Of a stretch of 64,000 nucleotides of DNA, positions 49,374 to 63,429 are shown in pieces. Positions within the stretch are counted from its first letter, which is position 1. Each line of letters begins with the position of its first letter. The notes below the pieces were generated by a model. It made no database searches, was not told the DNA's origin, and saw only the letters and a list, made by a program, of their open reading frames with translations. Origin of the DNA: Convolutriloba macropyga (lineage: Eukaryota); assembly GCF_964194025.1 (NCBI RefSeq), contig NC_134472.1, positions 36,766,001 through 36,830,000 of the forward strand. Direction: 5' to 3'. The position numbers and the translations under genes are program-made.

Positions 49374-52300
49374 ATAATTCAGTTTTTGTCACTCATTTAC
49401 GTACGCAGCGAGAGAAAGTGTTTATTTTACATACCTACTGGAATGCAAAATACAATAAGATGTTACTGGCGATGAAGTGTAAGGTGTTGAATTTACGGTC
49501 GGCTAAGTAGGTTAACTGACGTTTGCGCGGCAGTTTTAATTGAACAGCATAATCGAATATTTAACCATCTAATTTATCTAAATGTGTTATGAGTTTTGGC
49601 GCTTCAAGCTTTGACTCATATCAGGAATGAACTTTTTGCGCGTTCTTCTGGCAGAATAAAAGATACCTTTGAACTCTAATTTTTTATTTCTTCGTGTTGC
49701 AGAAGCTGGGTGTCCTGATGCCTGGTGTCCTGAGATTGGAACTTAAGCGAGTTTTTGAGTTTTTTTTGGCTCAGATTAGAAGGCTCTACTTTTTATTTCG
49801 CTTTGATTTCGCGTTTTTAAATTGCCCTCAAACGAAGTTTGAAGCTATTATTGTAAACGTGTGTGTCTTTTTTTAATGCAAAATGCTTGCTTGACCGTTT
49901 TTTCTGTTTTTATTCTAGAATATTCTTTGGCTTCGTGAGTGACTTTTTTTTTACGCTTGAGTACTTCACTTTTTTCTGAAATAAAGTTTGGTGCTATATA
50001 GGATAGGCTTTTTATTGGCGAATACTCCTGAAATAAAAATGCATTTATAGATACATGTGTTTATATATAAATGTGTGTATATGTGTGTGTTTGTGTAGGT
50101 GGGTGAAAAAATTTGGAAAACTTCAACAATCATGTTTGTCACAATCGACTAGACTATCGTCTCAATTTAAATTTGTCTGAAATTAAGTCTCAACTTAAAG
50201 TAGCTTTTTATTGCCTCTTCCAAAGTCTATTGCAGGAAGAAGTTGAACTAACCTGGCCTATACATGTCGCTAGTTATCAAAAAACAAGGAGGTTCGGTCA
50301 TGTGCGTTCCCACAATGTTCCGACCGCTTTCAGACACATACTTTACTTAATCATCTGATGAATAGAGCACAAAAGGCAAATTTATCAAAGTTTTTGCGGT
50401 ATTATTTAACTTTGGATTTTATTAATATCAGTTATATAACACTTTGAGACTTTATAACCATCTTAAGTAAAGCAGAAAGCAACAAGAAAAACAATTTAAA
50501 AAATGTTGAACTTAAAATTGCACAACAAAACTTATTCTACTAGAATGTAGATCGGTTCAAATAAAGAAAACATTTTTTTCTGAGACGAATGCATGAGATA
50601 CTCCTGGAAAAACCAAAAATCTGCCGAGTGAAATTAAATTTCCTGAAAGTTGGAAGCAAATCAATCTTTATGAGCAAAAGGGTAACTTTTTAGACTTGCC
50701 CTCCTCAAGTTATTTTTCTGCAAGTGGACATTGATTTTATTAATAGCCGCCCTCATCTTCTCAGCCGGCTATTATAGCGCTCCTATTTTTTTACAATTCA
50801 AAGAATTTGAATTGTATTGGTGCGCTGTCTTTTTTACGACTCGAAGAGGAGTATTGGAGAAGTCTTTTTTAAAATCAATTATCTTGGAAACGCGTGAAAA
50901 AATTTGGAGTGATTTTGGTGCTGAACAAAAGTGAAAAGCGGAGCGAAAAGAGAGTGGTTTTTGTTCATACCGCTGTTTTTGAGAGAGCGAGAAACTGATG
51001 TGTGGAAAAATTTTCTCTAAGCGAGCGAAATTTTTTTGTTCACGTGCGGCTTTTGAAAGCAGTTTTTTTGCAACTTTTGATGGTTATGAGGTTTGATTAT
51101 GATATTGTAAAAGTTTTAGGCTTGTTTTGATAGCAATTGAAGGTTTCAATTAGCTAATTTGAGTTTAATGCTAATTTGGAGGTTTTTGATCAGTTTTGCT
51201 GATTTTTAGATGAAATTTAATGATTTTTTGCCTTTTTGTTTTGCTGCTTTAAGTGGGATTTGAATAGAAGTTTGTTACTTAAGGATCTTTCAGATAACAA
51301 TTGATTAAAGTTTTTTTAGGTAAAAAAAACATTTTTTTCTTAGGAAAAATGACAAAAAAATTGAGAAATTTAAAACTATTTTTCTTATTTTTTTTGCAGT
51401 TTTTTTATTCTTGACAGTTTTCTTAGCATATTATGATATGCCCATTGTTTTGCGACCTTTTCATTGCTCTAATTGTAAAGGAACTTTATGCGGTTTTATG
51501 TTTCCTTGTACTGTTAAAAAAGAGTTTTTAAAGTTTTTCTAGTTCTTTTTTTAGTTAGTTTTTTGTTCAATTTGTTTTTGAATGCCGTTTTTATTCTTGC
51601 TTTATTTTTATGGAATTTGTGGAGGTTTAGGGTTCACAATAGTTGTTTTAGTTTTTTAATCATAAATATGGGCGATTTTCTCCTTCGAGTCGTTTCTGGA
51701 ATTCTTCCGGCTATGTTTTTTTTAGGATCTTCGCACATTTTCATGATTTTTCAAGTCAAATTGGAGTAGGGATTTTGGTCACGCCGAAACAGGAAGTGGA
51801 GCAAAAACGCGAGTGGTTTTGCGGCGTGAATTTTTTCGCTCTAATTTTAAAGTAGAGTGAGAATACGGTGTTTGAACAAAAATTCGTTTTCTCGGTAGTG
51901 GGTTTTCGTTCACTTGCGGCATTTTCACTCTGATTTTTACTGTTGTTTTGATTTTTTGAATCAGATTTTTTTCTAAATGGTTTTTTCACCCCATTCACAG
52001 CTCATTCTAGGCCTAGTTTTTTTGTTTGACTTAAATTTTCATTTCTCGTTAGTGGTTTTTTTGTTCACATGGGGCATTTGGCATTGATTTTCTGTTTTTT
52101 TCTTATTTTCATATGATTTTTTTTAAAAATGGTTTTCTCAATTCACTCATAGTCCAATCTAGGTCTAGTTTTTCTGTTTAGTCAATGAAAATGCTTTGAA
52201 TTGTACGTCAGGACTTGTCCTGCTATGTTTTTTTTTATTTCGTCGTCGCGATTTTTACGACCATATGACGTCACAACCACTTCAAATCTGCTTTTTGTTC

Positions 52301-53842
52301 ATTCGTTCATGCAATTGCAACTGAATTACGTGCGTGACGTCATTTTTCGCTCTTAGTGGAGCGAGTTTTTTTTTGTTCATGCGCGTGATTAAATTTTTGG
52401 TCTCACTTGCCTTACCTCACTCACAAAAATGACTTCCTCACTTTGAATTGACTTTTCTTTGCTTTGTTTCTATGTTTTTTTTCGAACTTTTTCGCTTTAC
52501 CTCATTTTGCCGCTTTTTCGAAATTTTGCGTGAAATCTTTTTGACTTCTCTAGGCTAGTTTCACTCTTTTGTCATTCTGCTCAAAGTCCTTTTAAACAGC
52601 AGCTACTCAGCAAAGCAATTCAAAATGAAGAGAGTCAGTATAAAAAAAATCAATGTCAGAAATAGAAACGGGATAAACCCATAAAGCCCATTTTTAGATG
52701 CCCGGTACGTGAACTTTGTTCTCATAAGTTTTAGTTACGATCTTTAATGCTTATTGGTATTAATACTAGACCCTGTAGTTTCTCACTGAGAGACAGGAGT
52801 ATGTTCAACTACGAAATGACGTCAAAATAAATCGGACTTAATTTAATATAATTGATGTCGGCATTTTATTGGTGTATTCCCCCTTAATGATGGAAATCAA
52901 AAGAAGAGCATCATGAAGCAAGTGAGTGATATTCACAACTGAGAGATATTCTTAAGTTGATCTATCATTGAAAATTGTAGAATGTTGAACCAATTTTTTT
53001 TTGTCAAAAAGGCTTGACATTTAATTGAGTTCTATGAGCACATACAAACTAAAAGTATCAATTGTCAGAAAATTGCCTGAAGTTGTCAGAAAATCTGAGC
53101 GTTTAGCCTATTTATTCGAATCAAGAGATGTTAATTTAGCATTTCGAATTTAAAAGTTTTTATTATGATGGAAAACCATTGCCGTGAAGTACACAACTAA
53201 TAGTTTATTCAGGACCAGTGCTGTATATCTTTAATTCAATCTGAAATAGTGTCTGAAATTTTTCCAAAACATTTTTGTTGTTGAATTTGATGTTTTATGT
53301 GTTGAAATATTCTTCTCAAAATTGTTGAGAAATGTCCAATTTTAAGAATTTAATATACACGAAAATTAATCATGTTTCCTTTTTTTGGGTCATTCAATGA
53401 ATGATGCTGGTACCTGCTGACGTAGATATTTATGCTGATAATAGAAATGATTTTGAAAAACATTTTTTCGCGTTTTTTCAACCGAGGTTTTTAATTTTAT
53501 GCAAAAAAATGGAAAGCTAGAAATAATTGACATTCCGTTCTTTTCGATTAAACACTCCGTAAGACGAGAATTTTATTGAACTCTTTCTCGTTCAACTTTT
53601 CGCTAAAGTTTAGATTTTTCAGATATCTTCTCAGCAAGATCAGAATTCGAACAACTTTTTTCTATGCTATCAAGGAAGGTCTTTTACATGTATTTCTTGG
53701 TCTGAAATTGAGGAATTGTAAAGAAAATGTAAAATGTTCTAATGATATCACTCAATTTTTCTGTGATGGATATTTAGGGAGGGGTCAAAAATCCAGTGCA
53801 ATAAAATCCAGCCTCCTTCCATCATTTCATGAGGTACGAAAA

Positions 53843-53922
53843 ATTTAGAAGAAAACTGAGGGTAATCTGACTCTATGCTGACCCCAGCATAGAGTTAGAT
53901 TACCCTCAGTTTTCTTCTAAAT
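53843..53922. repeat. Near-perfect inverted repeat: 38-bp arms, 4-nt loop
   Basis: ATTTAGAAGAAAACTGAGGGTAATCTGACTCTATGCTG-accc-CAGCATAGAGTTAGATTACCCTCAGTTTTCTTCTAAAT with one G:T mismatch. Confidence 0.95.
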
Positions 53923-54524
53923 CCTCCCGATGCTGTATTTTTTTCAATTATAGTTTTATGGCAGATTTGAAGTTCGGTTTTAATTGAAGATTTCAAATAA
54001 AGATTGGATATAAAGGTTTTCACTACACTTTGCAAAATTTAAATAATTAATGACTTTTCTTTTTTCGCCTTTGTTGCCGTTTTTTCAATTCAAGCTGGTA
54101 TTAAAAAACCATATTCATATTCGTTAGGTGACGAGGATTAGTTTGTTTGCTTCAAATTTTTGTTGAGAAATTTTGATTTTTAAAAAAATTTGGCAATGCT
54201 TATTTTACCGTAATTTACCTCGCCATTTCGTTCATGCTTCTAGTCTTTTATGATTTGTCTTGGAATGCAGAGGTTCATTGGCTTTCCTGTACAGAAGCGT
54301 AGCTATTGATTTTTATGGCTTTGAGAACTCTGGTTTTTATTGTTTTTAATTGCTCTTGAACGAAGTTCATAGCAATAATTGTAAACGTGTTGGTCTTTTT
54401 TTTGCAAATTTTTCGCTTGACCGTTTTGCGCTTTTCTTCTAGAACATTCTTTGACTTCTCAAGCGACTTTTTAACGCTTTCGTTCTTCATTTTTGGGTGA
54501 TCTTTATTGCTCTCACTCCGAAGT

Positions 54525-54586
54525 TTATGGTGGCCCAGTGGGCAGTGCATTTGGTAAGGCAATGGTTCGAATCCCGGCGTGGTCAA
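54525..54586 (+). ncRNA. tRNA-like Pol III element within a dispersed repeat
   Basis: A box TGGCCCAGTGG and B box GGTTCGAATCCC; spacer too short for a normal tRNA. Confidence 0.55.
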
Positions 54587-54723
54587 ATAATTTTATCCGC
54601 CTGTCGTTCGAGAGCAATTCCGACATTAGTCTTTTCATTAGTCGGTTTGTTTTTTTGTAAATTTCTGCATATGTGCTGGAAAGTTACTGAAAGTGTTGAT
54701 CCTCGGATTATCAGATAAAGTGG

Positions 54724-54961
54724 NNNNNNNNNNNNNNNNNNNNNNNNNNNNNNNNNNNNNNNNNNNNNNNNNNNNNNNNNNNNNNNNNNNNNNNNNNNNN
54801 NNNNNNNNNNNNNNNNNNNNNNNNNNNNNNNNNNNNNNNNNNNNNNNNNNNNNNNNNNNNNNNNNNNNNNNNNNNNNNNNNNNNNNNNNNNNNNNNNNNN
54901 NNNNNNNNNNNNNNNNNNNNNNNNNNNNNNNNNNNNNNNNNNNNNNNNNNNNNNNNNNNNN
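54724..54961. other. Assembly gap
   Basis: Run of N. Confidence 1.
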
Positions 54962-55039
54962 GAGAGAGTTATTTTATCCTCGCTTGTAAAGTATAAATAC
55001 AGAACAGCATAGATTTAGTAGAAAAAAAAGAAGAACAAC

Positions 55040-58000
55040 GAAGTTTACAATAAAATAGCAAAGTACAGCAGAACGATCAGCATAGTATTATTTATCTTCA
55101 AGCAAGGAAAGGACACGCAACGAGGTCGTTTGACCTACTTCACAGCGTGCCCAGATGTAAAAAACATAGATGATAAACTTATTAACATTTTCAATTTTTT
55201 TTTTCTTTTTCATTTCTTAACAATGATTCAAAAACATAACACAGAACTTAAATGGTAACTTTGAACAATTCACTACTAGATGCCCTCTTCTTTGGCATAT
55301 TTTTGCATGCTCAAGCGAACATCCAGACTTCGCCAACTTTGAAAAAAAAGAAGAGAAAAATAAGTTCTTTATATAAAAATAAACTCGAATTGAAGAAACA
55401 TTGTTAAAAACTATCTTTAGAATTTAGAAAAATCAAATTTTGACAGCAAAAAATGAATCGCGGTGCCTTCTACGAAGGCACCGCCACAATTTTCGCGTAA
55501 ATTTTCGTTATTTTGTAAAGAAAGCATCTAGAATTACAGGAATCTGGAAATTTAGCAGAAAAACACTTTTCGAATGAGTTCCTCATTTCCAAGAATATAA
55601 GATTCTTTTAAATTATGATAGGTCATTGATATTTGGCTATAAGTTGAGCTCCCGATAGAGTCAGGCAGGAGTCCTTGAATTTTCAAAACATTGAATAGTA
55701 ACATGTGTTTTGCTCGTCTTGTTGTTAAAATATGTCTTTCAAACTGAAACATACTGTTTAGATAGTCTTCGGCATGGAAACTGTTAATCGATTTTAAAAC
55801 AAACTTAAGCAGCTCATATACATGTAATTCAAAAACTCTTAGAATTTTGTTTGCACAGAATAGATCTTCGCTTTGATCGAACCGACTCTTAAAGTAAATT
55901 AATTTAAGAATTTTCTTCTGTAGCAGATGGATTGGAGCTAAAGACGTGAAACTAGAGCATCCATACACCAAAATTCCATATTGTATGATAGGACATATGA
56001 CAATCTTGTAATATTCTATTAACTGGTACCTTGGAGCGAAGTGTCTTAATTTTGATATTATACCACATTGCCTACTAAGTCTTCCTATGACAAGATCTAC
56101 ATGAAAACTAAACAACAACTTTGAATCAACTATTATGCCTAAATATTTACATGATGGTTCCAATTTAATTTCTTCTGATGCGATGTGGAATCGCTCACTG
56201 GAAGCACTTGTTTTTAAATTTAATTGAACCGTTTTTAGCATATTGAGCTTATGTTTATTTGCATTTAACCAATTTCCGGCTACTCTATCTAAGTCATCTT
56301 GGATAGCTATTCTTGAGCAACCTAAACTGCAAAGGTTGGTGTCGTTAGCAAAAAGATGGACACTAAGTTGATTACACACTCTTGGTAAATCGTTTATATA
56401 AATTAAAAACAACAGTGGTCCTAGCATGGAGCCCTGAGGGACACCACAAGTTATATTTAACGAAGTTGATGGCACACCGGCAACGAAAACTCTCTGAGTT
56501 CTATTAGATAAATAGCTTTTACACCATTCTGGGCACTTATGACGAATGCCATAACTTTCTAGCTTACAGAGCAAAATTTGATGATCTAGTGTATCAAATG
56601 CATTCTGTAGATCCAGAAAAAAGTTGACAACTTTGAATTGGCTCACTCTTATTCTTTCAGTTAATTCTGCCAATGCATCTATGGTGGAATGCTTTTTGCG
56701 AAAACCAAATTGCTTGCGATAGAGAAGATTAAAATGTTCCAGGTATTCGTAAATTCTAGAGAACATTGCCCGCTCGTATATTTTACTCCAAACATTTAAC
56801 AGAGAAATTGGCCTATAATTGTTCTCTTCTAGTCTTGATCCCTCTTTATGTAATGGAATGACTTTTGCTTTTTTGAGCTCAGTGGGAAAAACTCCTTCAC
56901 GAAATGATTGATTAATTAACGATGTGAGGTATTTCGTGACAACAAATTTTGCTGTCTTCACTACAATTTTACTGATCTCATCTTCACCGGATGAAGATTT
57001 GTCCGGAAGTGAATCAATAATTGCACTTATTTCAGTACCAGAAACTGGATAAACTCTCAATGACATATTAACATCAGTCAGGGGTGTGACTGCCGCGGAA
57101 GGAATACTACGCTGAATATTTTTGCCAATACTAGCAAGAAACTCATTAAATTTCTCAGCTACTTGAAGATAAGATGAGTTAGGTGCAGCATCCGACATGC
57201 ACGAGGAAAGCTTTGGAACTGCATTATTTACCAAATGTTTTCCTGACATCTCATTTAAAAGTTAAAATGTTTGTCTTGAGTCTCCGATACATCTTTCGAA
57301 CATGTTTCGATAATAAACCTTTTTCGCCGTTTTAATACTTTTTTCTAATTGAAGTCTAATATCTGTAAACTTCTTGCTCAGAGAGCCATTTGACTTGTCT
57401 GCTTTCCATTTCTTGTGAATAAGATTCCGCTGCGTACGTATGTTTTTTATTTTGTTGTCGAACCATTTAGGTGTAGAATTTCGATTGTGCGGGGTGATAC
57501 GTTTTAGTGGAGCGTACTGCTCGGTTACGTGGAGCGTAACGGTTAAAAAATGTGATGAAAGGCACTAAAGCATGAATTTGCACAACCACTGTGTGCTGAA
57601 AAAACATTACAAAGTTCGTGACTCAAGGCAGATAAGTATTTTTCAACAATACTGCAGTTACGAAGAAATGATGTATCCCTTACAATTTTGCTTTCCAGGT
57701 CATTTGCTTTCACTGTCCACTTCAACGTAACAGGAAAATGGTCTGAAAAGCTTTGATTTTCAAGTATGTGAACATCCCCTATCAAATTTTGAAAAATGAA
57801 GTGGTCTAAGCAAGTTGCTGATTTTTCTGTGACCCGGGTGGGTTTATTGGGTGTTATAAAAAAAACCATTTGAATGAATAGCGTTTTTATATTTTTCGTG
57901 AGCGAATTTTGTTTCATCGTATCAACGTTAATATCCCCACATATTACAGTTGGCAAGCATTTGGAATTTAAATTTCCCAAAACTTTTTCTAATAAGTCCA

Positions 58001-58225
58001 CAAAATCAAGTTTATTGGCTCTTGGTTTGTTGTATATTACCACTAGCCGGAACTCGTAACCTTGTTTTTCTATGGTCGCAGATAAAGACTCCTCGATCAC
58101 GCAAGCCAGTTCTTTTTGAATAGAGCAGTTAGCTGCTAGTTGAATCATAATGTCACCGCCTTTTGAGTCACGAACTTTTGAAGCTACATTTTGGTAACCA
58201 GTTACCAGTAGTGATTTTGGGTCGT
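55040..58225 (-). mobile_element. CR1/L2-group LINE ORF2 (APE endonuclease + RT) with 3' UTR, frameshifted; occupies the contig between the two gaps
   Basis: EN motifs YNKP, GDIN, TRVT, LDH, SDH (57543-58148); RT motifs NYRPISLL, QFGFRKKHST, FLDLQNAFDT, GVPQGSMLGP and FAND in place of FADD (55552-57249); stem-loops at 55111-55152 and 55462-55482. Confidence 0.93.
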
Positions 58226-58425
58226 NNNNNNNNNNNNNNNNNNNNNNNNNNNNNNNNNNNNNNNNNNNNNNNNNNNNNNNNNNNNNNNNNNNNNNNNNNN
58301 NNNNNNNNNNNNNNNNNNNNNNNNNNNNNNNNNNNNNNNNNNNNNNNNNNNNNNNNNNNNNNNNNNNNNNNNNNNNNNNNNNNNNNNNNNNNNNNNNNNN
58401 NNNNNNNNNNNNNNNNNNNNNNNNN
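58226..58425. other. Assembly gap
   Basis: Run of 200 N. Confidence 1.
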
Positions 58426-58680
58426 CTTCTAAACGAGGGATTTAGCTGTTGCTATCGGATTTAGCATACCTACTGATATTCTAAAATAAGAGGAATGAAT
58501 TGTTTCTATTTGTGCTTTGATAATCATCGAAAGTTGTTATTTGTGCTTTGATAACCATCGAGAATGGTCAATATTGATGGTCAATATTGATGGTCAATAT
58601 TGGTTTTATTCGATTCTTTGGATTGTAATTGCTGTTTTTTTAACAATTCAAAGGGTTTGAGTTGTAGTGGGGCGCTGTCT

Positions 58681-59234
58681 TTTTTAATAGCCGCGAAGCG
58701 ATAGCGGCTATTATTGGGGACATCGTGGTTTTTACGACTCGAAGAGGAGTATTGATATTCTACACGTTTTTTTAGCAGAAAGCAAGTTTGTTCATGACTT
58801 GAATTTTGACTTCTTTCTATTCGAGCTTTTACCTCCGTTTTTGATTGTTGACTTCTGTTTTCGAACATTGGACTTTAACAATAGCTTAGTTTGAAATGTA
58901 TAGCAATTAGTAACAGTCTGTAATTCAATTTGAGAAAATTTGATCCCATTTAACTACCTACCCCCCCCCCCCCCCCCCCCCCCACCAGCACCTACCCACA
59001 CCCCTGAACTGAAAAAAACGCTTTTTTGTTATTTTGGTCTAGTATTTTTTGTTATTTCTAGTGTTTCTGCGGAATGAATTTTAACAAGCTTTATTAATTT
59101 ATCGCTGAATGTTTTTTTACCTAGTTTTTGAGCGGCGTCGAATTTTTTTCAATTTAGATCTGTATCTGTTTCTATCTCTATTATACGCAAGTCAATTCTT
59201 TCGCAGCTATTCCGGCAATCTGCCGGCTATGTTT
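58681..59234 (+). mobile_element. Helentron/DINE-1-like element present in copy 2 and absent from copy 1
   Basis: Left ATAGCCGCGAAGCGATAGCGGCTAT; right TTCGCAGCTAT-T-CCGGCAATCTGCCGG-CTATGTTT; empty site ctgtctgttttaggata at ~45440-45456. Confidence 0.82.
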
Positions 59235-62200
59235 AAGATATTTTTACTCCTTTTCGTGATTTTTGAAGTCAAAATTAGAGTGGTGATTTTTGATCACCCA
59301 AAATCAGGAAGTTGAGTAAAAAAAGGTGTGGTTTTTGCGGGGTAATTTTCGCTCCAATTCTAATGGAGTGAGAAAACGGTAATTGAACAAATTTTGTTTG
59401 TTTTTGGGAGCTTTTTTTGTTCACATGCGGCAATTTGACTTCTTTTTTTTACTGGTTGTTTCCAGACAAGTTTGTAGCAAATTGTTTTCAATGTCATTTT
59501 TCAAACCAGTTCAAGGTCTAGTTATTTCGTTTTGTCAATGAATATTCTTTGAATCCTTTCAGGACTGGTACTGCTATGTTGGTTATTTAGTCAAGAGTTC
59601 TGTTGCGACCATGGGAGTTCGCGCGCAGTTCAAATCTGCTCTTCTTTTGCTGGTTTTTCTCGATTGAATTTGTGTGTTGGGTCTCATTGTAGCTTGTTTT
59701 TTGTTTCCTTTCACATATGACTTTCACTCAGATTGATTTTTGCAGACTATAATTGAAAGAAATAAGGTCAAAAAGAAATATATTACTCAAATTGAAGGTT
59801 GTTTCAGAGCAGCTAATAAAACAAAGGTAATATAAACAATTTCTAAATCAAAATACAAAATCTCAGCAATAGGAAAAAAAGCTGAAACTGAAGTCTGTTT
59901 TTCTATTTACGTTTTGATACTGCAGGCCACTGAACCTGTCGCAGCTGTTTTATGGCAATCTGCCAGTTATGCGTTTTCGTTTAGTAAGATGTTTGCCTCT
60001 TTAATTTGTATCTATAAGAACTCATGAAACGGGGTTACTTAACTTGCTGTCCACTTCTTTAAATTTTTTACCTGAAGATTTTTTTCTGATCATTGCGTGG
60101 CTGAAAAATCTTGTGTGCATACTCGATTTTGCCCGGCTTTTTCACGACCCATCTTCTGAACTGTAATTATGTGGAAACGTATCACACTAGATAAATTTAA
60201 TTCAAATTGGCCTGAAATTGCCCCTTTCCCACGGATGCAGTATCCAATTGCCGAAATGGAAGAAAGCCTAATTGGTGACTACTTTCAGAATTGATAATTA
60301 GTGGTTTTGAATTTAGCCAATAGAATTGCACACAAGAACAATTAAGTCTTTGAATTTGGTCTCAAGAAATTACTATTAAAATTCGGCTAAGAAAGTTTTT
60401 TAGTTAATTAAATGTTCAATGAGGTTTCATTTTCACAAAGCGCACAATTTTTTTTTTAAAATTCGCCTTTTCGAACATCGGCCACATTCGAATTTGGGTT
60501 GAGTTGCTATACTGAATCAACAAATTGGAAGCAAATGCGTAAGAAAGAAAAAGCTTATGAGAAAACCCAATTTTTATTGATTAGTGTTATCAACATTAAT
60601 GATGAAATTCTATTTTTGGAATAAAATCTTGTATGAATTGCTTCGAAAAAAGTTTTCAAACTTTATTGTGCTAGTAAGTTTTGGTGTTTTTGAAATTGCT
60701 TGTTTTTCTCGAGCTTATTTTAAGTCCGTTTGTTGATGTTGGTGTTGTTTTATGCAGAGTAAGTATATTGGAATATTGTAAAACGCAAAGACTAGGGGAG
60801 CAATCTTTCAACCCTAATTTAATCCGAATGCAAAATCAATCGTATCTGTGTGGTATTAATTCTTTGGTAATTTCGATTAGTACAAGATAAGATGTCTCTA
60901 ATGTAAAGGAAAGTATGTTTAAGCTAAAAGTACTGGTTTTTTGGTTTATTTGCGTTTCTGATATACTTTTTGAAACTTTGTTTTTTCGTGGTGATATTGA
61001 GCAGATCAGGAAACATATTGTTCGGAAAATTGCGAAAATAAAGACTTTTAAAGGGAAATTTTTGATGTCCTTGGAAAAGATTTCTCAAAAACAGTTTGAG
61101 AATTTCTAATTTAGGCAAATTCTGATTCAATTTAATTTGATTGAAATAAATTTAATCTGTATATCAGATTTTTGCTCAATTTTGTCAACGTACTACTCAA
61201 GAAAATGGTCACCTAGGCACATTCTGTTGACGACTGTTTCAAATAAAGAAACATTAGGTACTAGCATTTTTTGTTTTTGTTCTTCAAATTTACGCAATCA
61301 CCGTGTAACTATTGAATACCCCACTGCCTGTTGAAAAAACAACTTTTGTGTCTAGATAAGTTCGATAGTCCTGGGCGAGAATAATTTTGGGCTCAGGCGC
61401 TGCTTCCCTTTAGCTCTAATTGTCTTCAGTATCTGAGAGCTATACACGTACATAACGGTCTCAATGTTGCAATTTAATGATTTACAAATGGAGGAAATTT
61501 GATGCATTTTAATTACTGATTTATTGGGGAGCCTCATTTTTTGAGTTCAATTTTAAGTACTTTGCTTTCTGGATTAGGCTTCTTTTTCAAAATTTTAGCT
61601 CTGTTTTTGAAGTTTTTTTGTGGGCATTTGATATTTTTTGCGTAATATTGTATATATGTCAGTGTTCGCGCTGTTTCATCCGTTTGAGCTCAAAAAGGAA
61701 ATGCGACCAAAATTTATTGAAAATTTACAAAAGTTAAAATAAATAACAGGAACAAAATGTACTTATCGTTCTTCGTAATAAAACTGGTCCGGTTAAACTG
61801 ATCAAGAAGCTCTAGAGTTTCCAGCAACCCTTTTGCGCCTGTTGCTATGATTGGAAGGTGCATGAATTAATTTGCTTTTATGTGAAGAAAGATCGAATTA
61901 TTTCAACATAGTTGTTAAACATCAAATTATTTATCAATCGTTTTGGGCGGCTCTTTGGGTAATTGAAATATCAACGCTGCCTAAAAATGTTAGGATCAAA
62001 TAGTCTAAATGCTTGTCGATGAGATGAAACAGCATTAATGTCCTCGTGTTATTATGAAGACACTTTGCATCTCAGACGAAATGTGTGGTGGGCCGGGAGA
62101 GGTAAAGGGGGCTTTTAAAGGGAGGAAAACACTTAAGGCCTCTTAACAATCAGCTTTTGTTATCTCATTTCTCTGTTTGTGTGATGAGAGAATTTATTTG

Positions 62201-62583
62201 CTTTATCTTATTTGATGCATTCAGATTGAGTGATGGTGTTCCATTGTTGAATTGTACTCTTCCTGTTACATTGTCGGTCTGTTCGCCTCTCTTTCTGTTT
62301 TCCTTGGGAGGGAAAGAAAGAAAGAAGTTCAAAACTCGAGGGGGCTTAACTGCCGTAACGAGATTTTGATCTAAGCCCCTCAGCGATCGATTATTGGCTA
62401 ATTAGACATGTATATTGGATCACCAGACGCCGTTCACTGAAATCAAATTCTCACACGCGCGCGCACACGCTTTCCTTTCACGGAACAAGTATACAAACAA
62501 ATGGTTCATTTCCTGTCCCTACTCGGTTGTAAACAAATTGTTTATTTTTAATTACGTGGCTGTGACGTATCCCAATTGAAGTG

Positions 62584-62748
62584 ATGTCATGCGAGGAGCT
62601 GCAAGAGGAAGAGCGAGAGATACTTCAATCAATTTTCGAAGGTGATGAGAACTTTAAAGCAGTTGATTCTAATTCATTTCAGTACACAGTTTACAGTGCG
62701 ACATCCAGTGACAAAACTGTGGCTGTTAGAATACACTGGCCTTCTCAG
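62584..62748 (+). CDS. RWDD4: RWDD4 exon 1 (copy 2)
   Basis: Same sequence as 48519-48683; CAG|GC donor. Confidence 0.88.
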
Positions 62749-63096
62749 GCACGAATTTTGTTCCCATTACTCCCCTAAAGTTTAAAAACATTTTTGAATT
62801 GCACTACTTTGGAGGCAAGAGTTATTGCAAAAGACTTAGGTTTTTTAATAATTGAAAGTCAGTAGATTAACAAGAAGTGATATTTGCATTTAGAAGTGAG
62901 TCTGGGATTTTAAAAATGTTCCGAAAAATAATTTTGAATAAAATTGGTTGGAGATATTCCGCCTTAAAGCGCTACAAATTATACTAGTTAGATTCAAATT
63001 TATGTGGATAGAAATTTGCAGATTAAGTACTATTTTTATCGGATTGGATTCTCATTACATACAAGGAGTAATGGGCGTTTGACGGGATCTTTACAG

Positions 63097-63429
63097 TATC
63101 CTGAGATCATTCCCAACTTCAGTCTAGAACTTTCTCACAACAACCAAATTCCACCTCACGTGAAAGCGAACCTGTTAAACGAGCTCAGAACATACGCAGA
63201 AGAGAACGTAGGTGTTGCTATGACATATCTTGTTGTTGATTGGTTGAAAGATAACGTGGACTCACTTATACCTAGTGGACTGAAAAAGGAAGAGGTCAAA
63301 ACTGAACAATTGACCAAAAGACAGAAGAATAAGATCACCAACTATGCTAATAGTAACACGAGAGGAAGAGATTGGGTAGATATTATTCGACATTTATCAC
63401 AAACTGGAAACCCGACAACTGCAGAATAA
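63097..63429 (+). CDS. RWDD4: RWDD4 exon 2 (copy 2)
   Basis: Same sequence as 49041-49373. Confidence 0.92.
   Translation, partial: YPEIIPNFSLELSHNNQIPPHVKANLLNELRTYAEENVGVAMTYLVVDWLKDNVDSLIPSGLKKEEVKTEQLTKRQKNKITNYANSNTRGRDWVDIIRHLSQTGNPTTAE

Larger units (their letters stand above)
45211..49966 (+). repeat. Copy 1 of a multi-kb duplication (copy 2 = 58426-64000)
   Basis: Collinear match from cttctaaacgagg to gagtactt, with substitutions and indels in non-coding parts. Confidence 0.95.

Noticed and set aside
54525-54586. Possible functional tRNA genes here and at 31864 and 23585
   Set aside because: A and B boxes are present but acceptor and anticodon stems cannot be folded convincingly
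54693-54989. ORFs spanning N runs (also 58163-58432)
   Set aside because: Artefacts of assembly gaps
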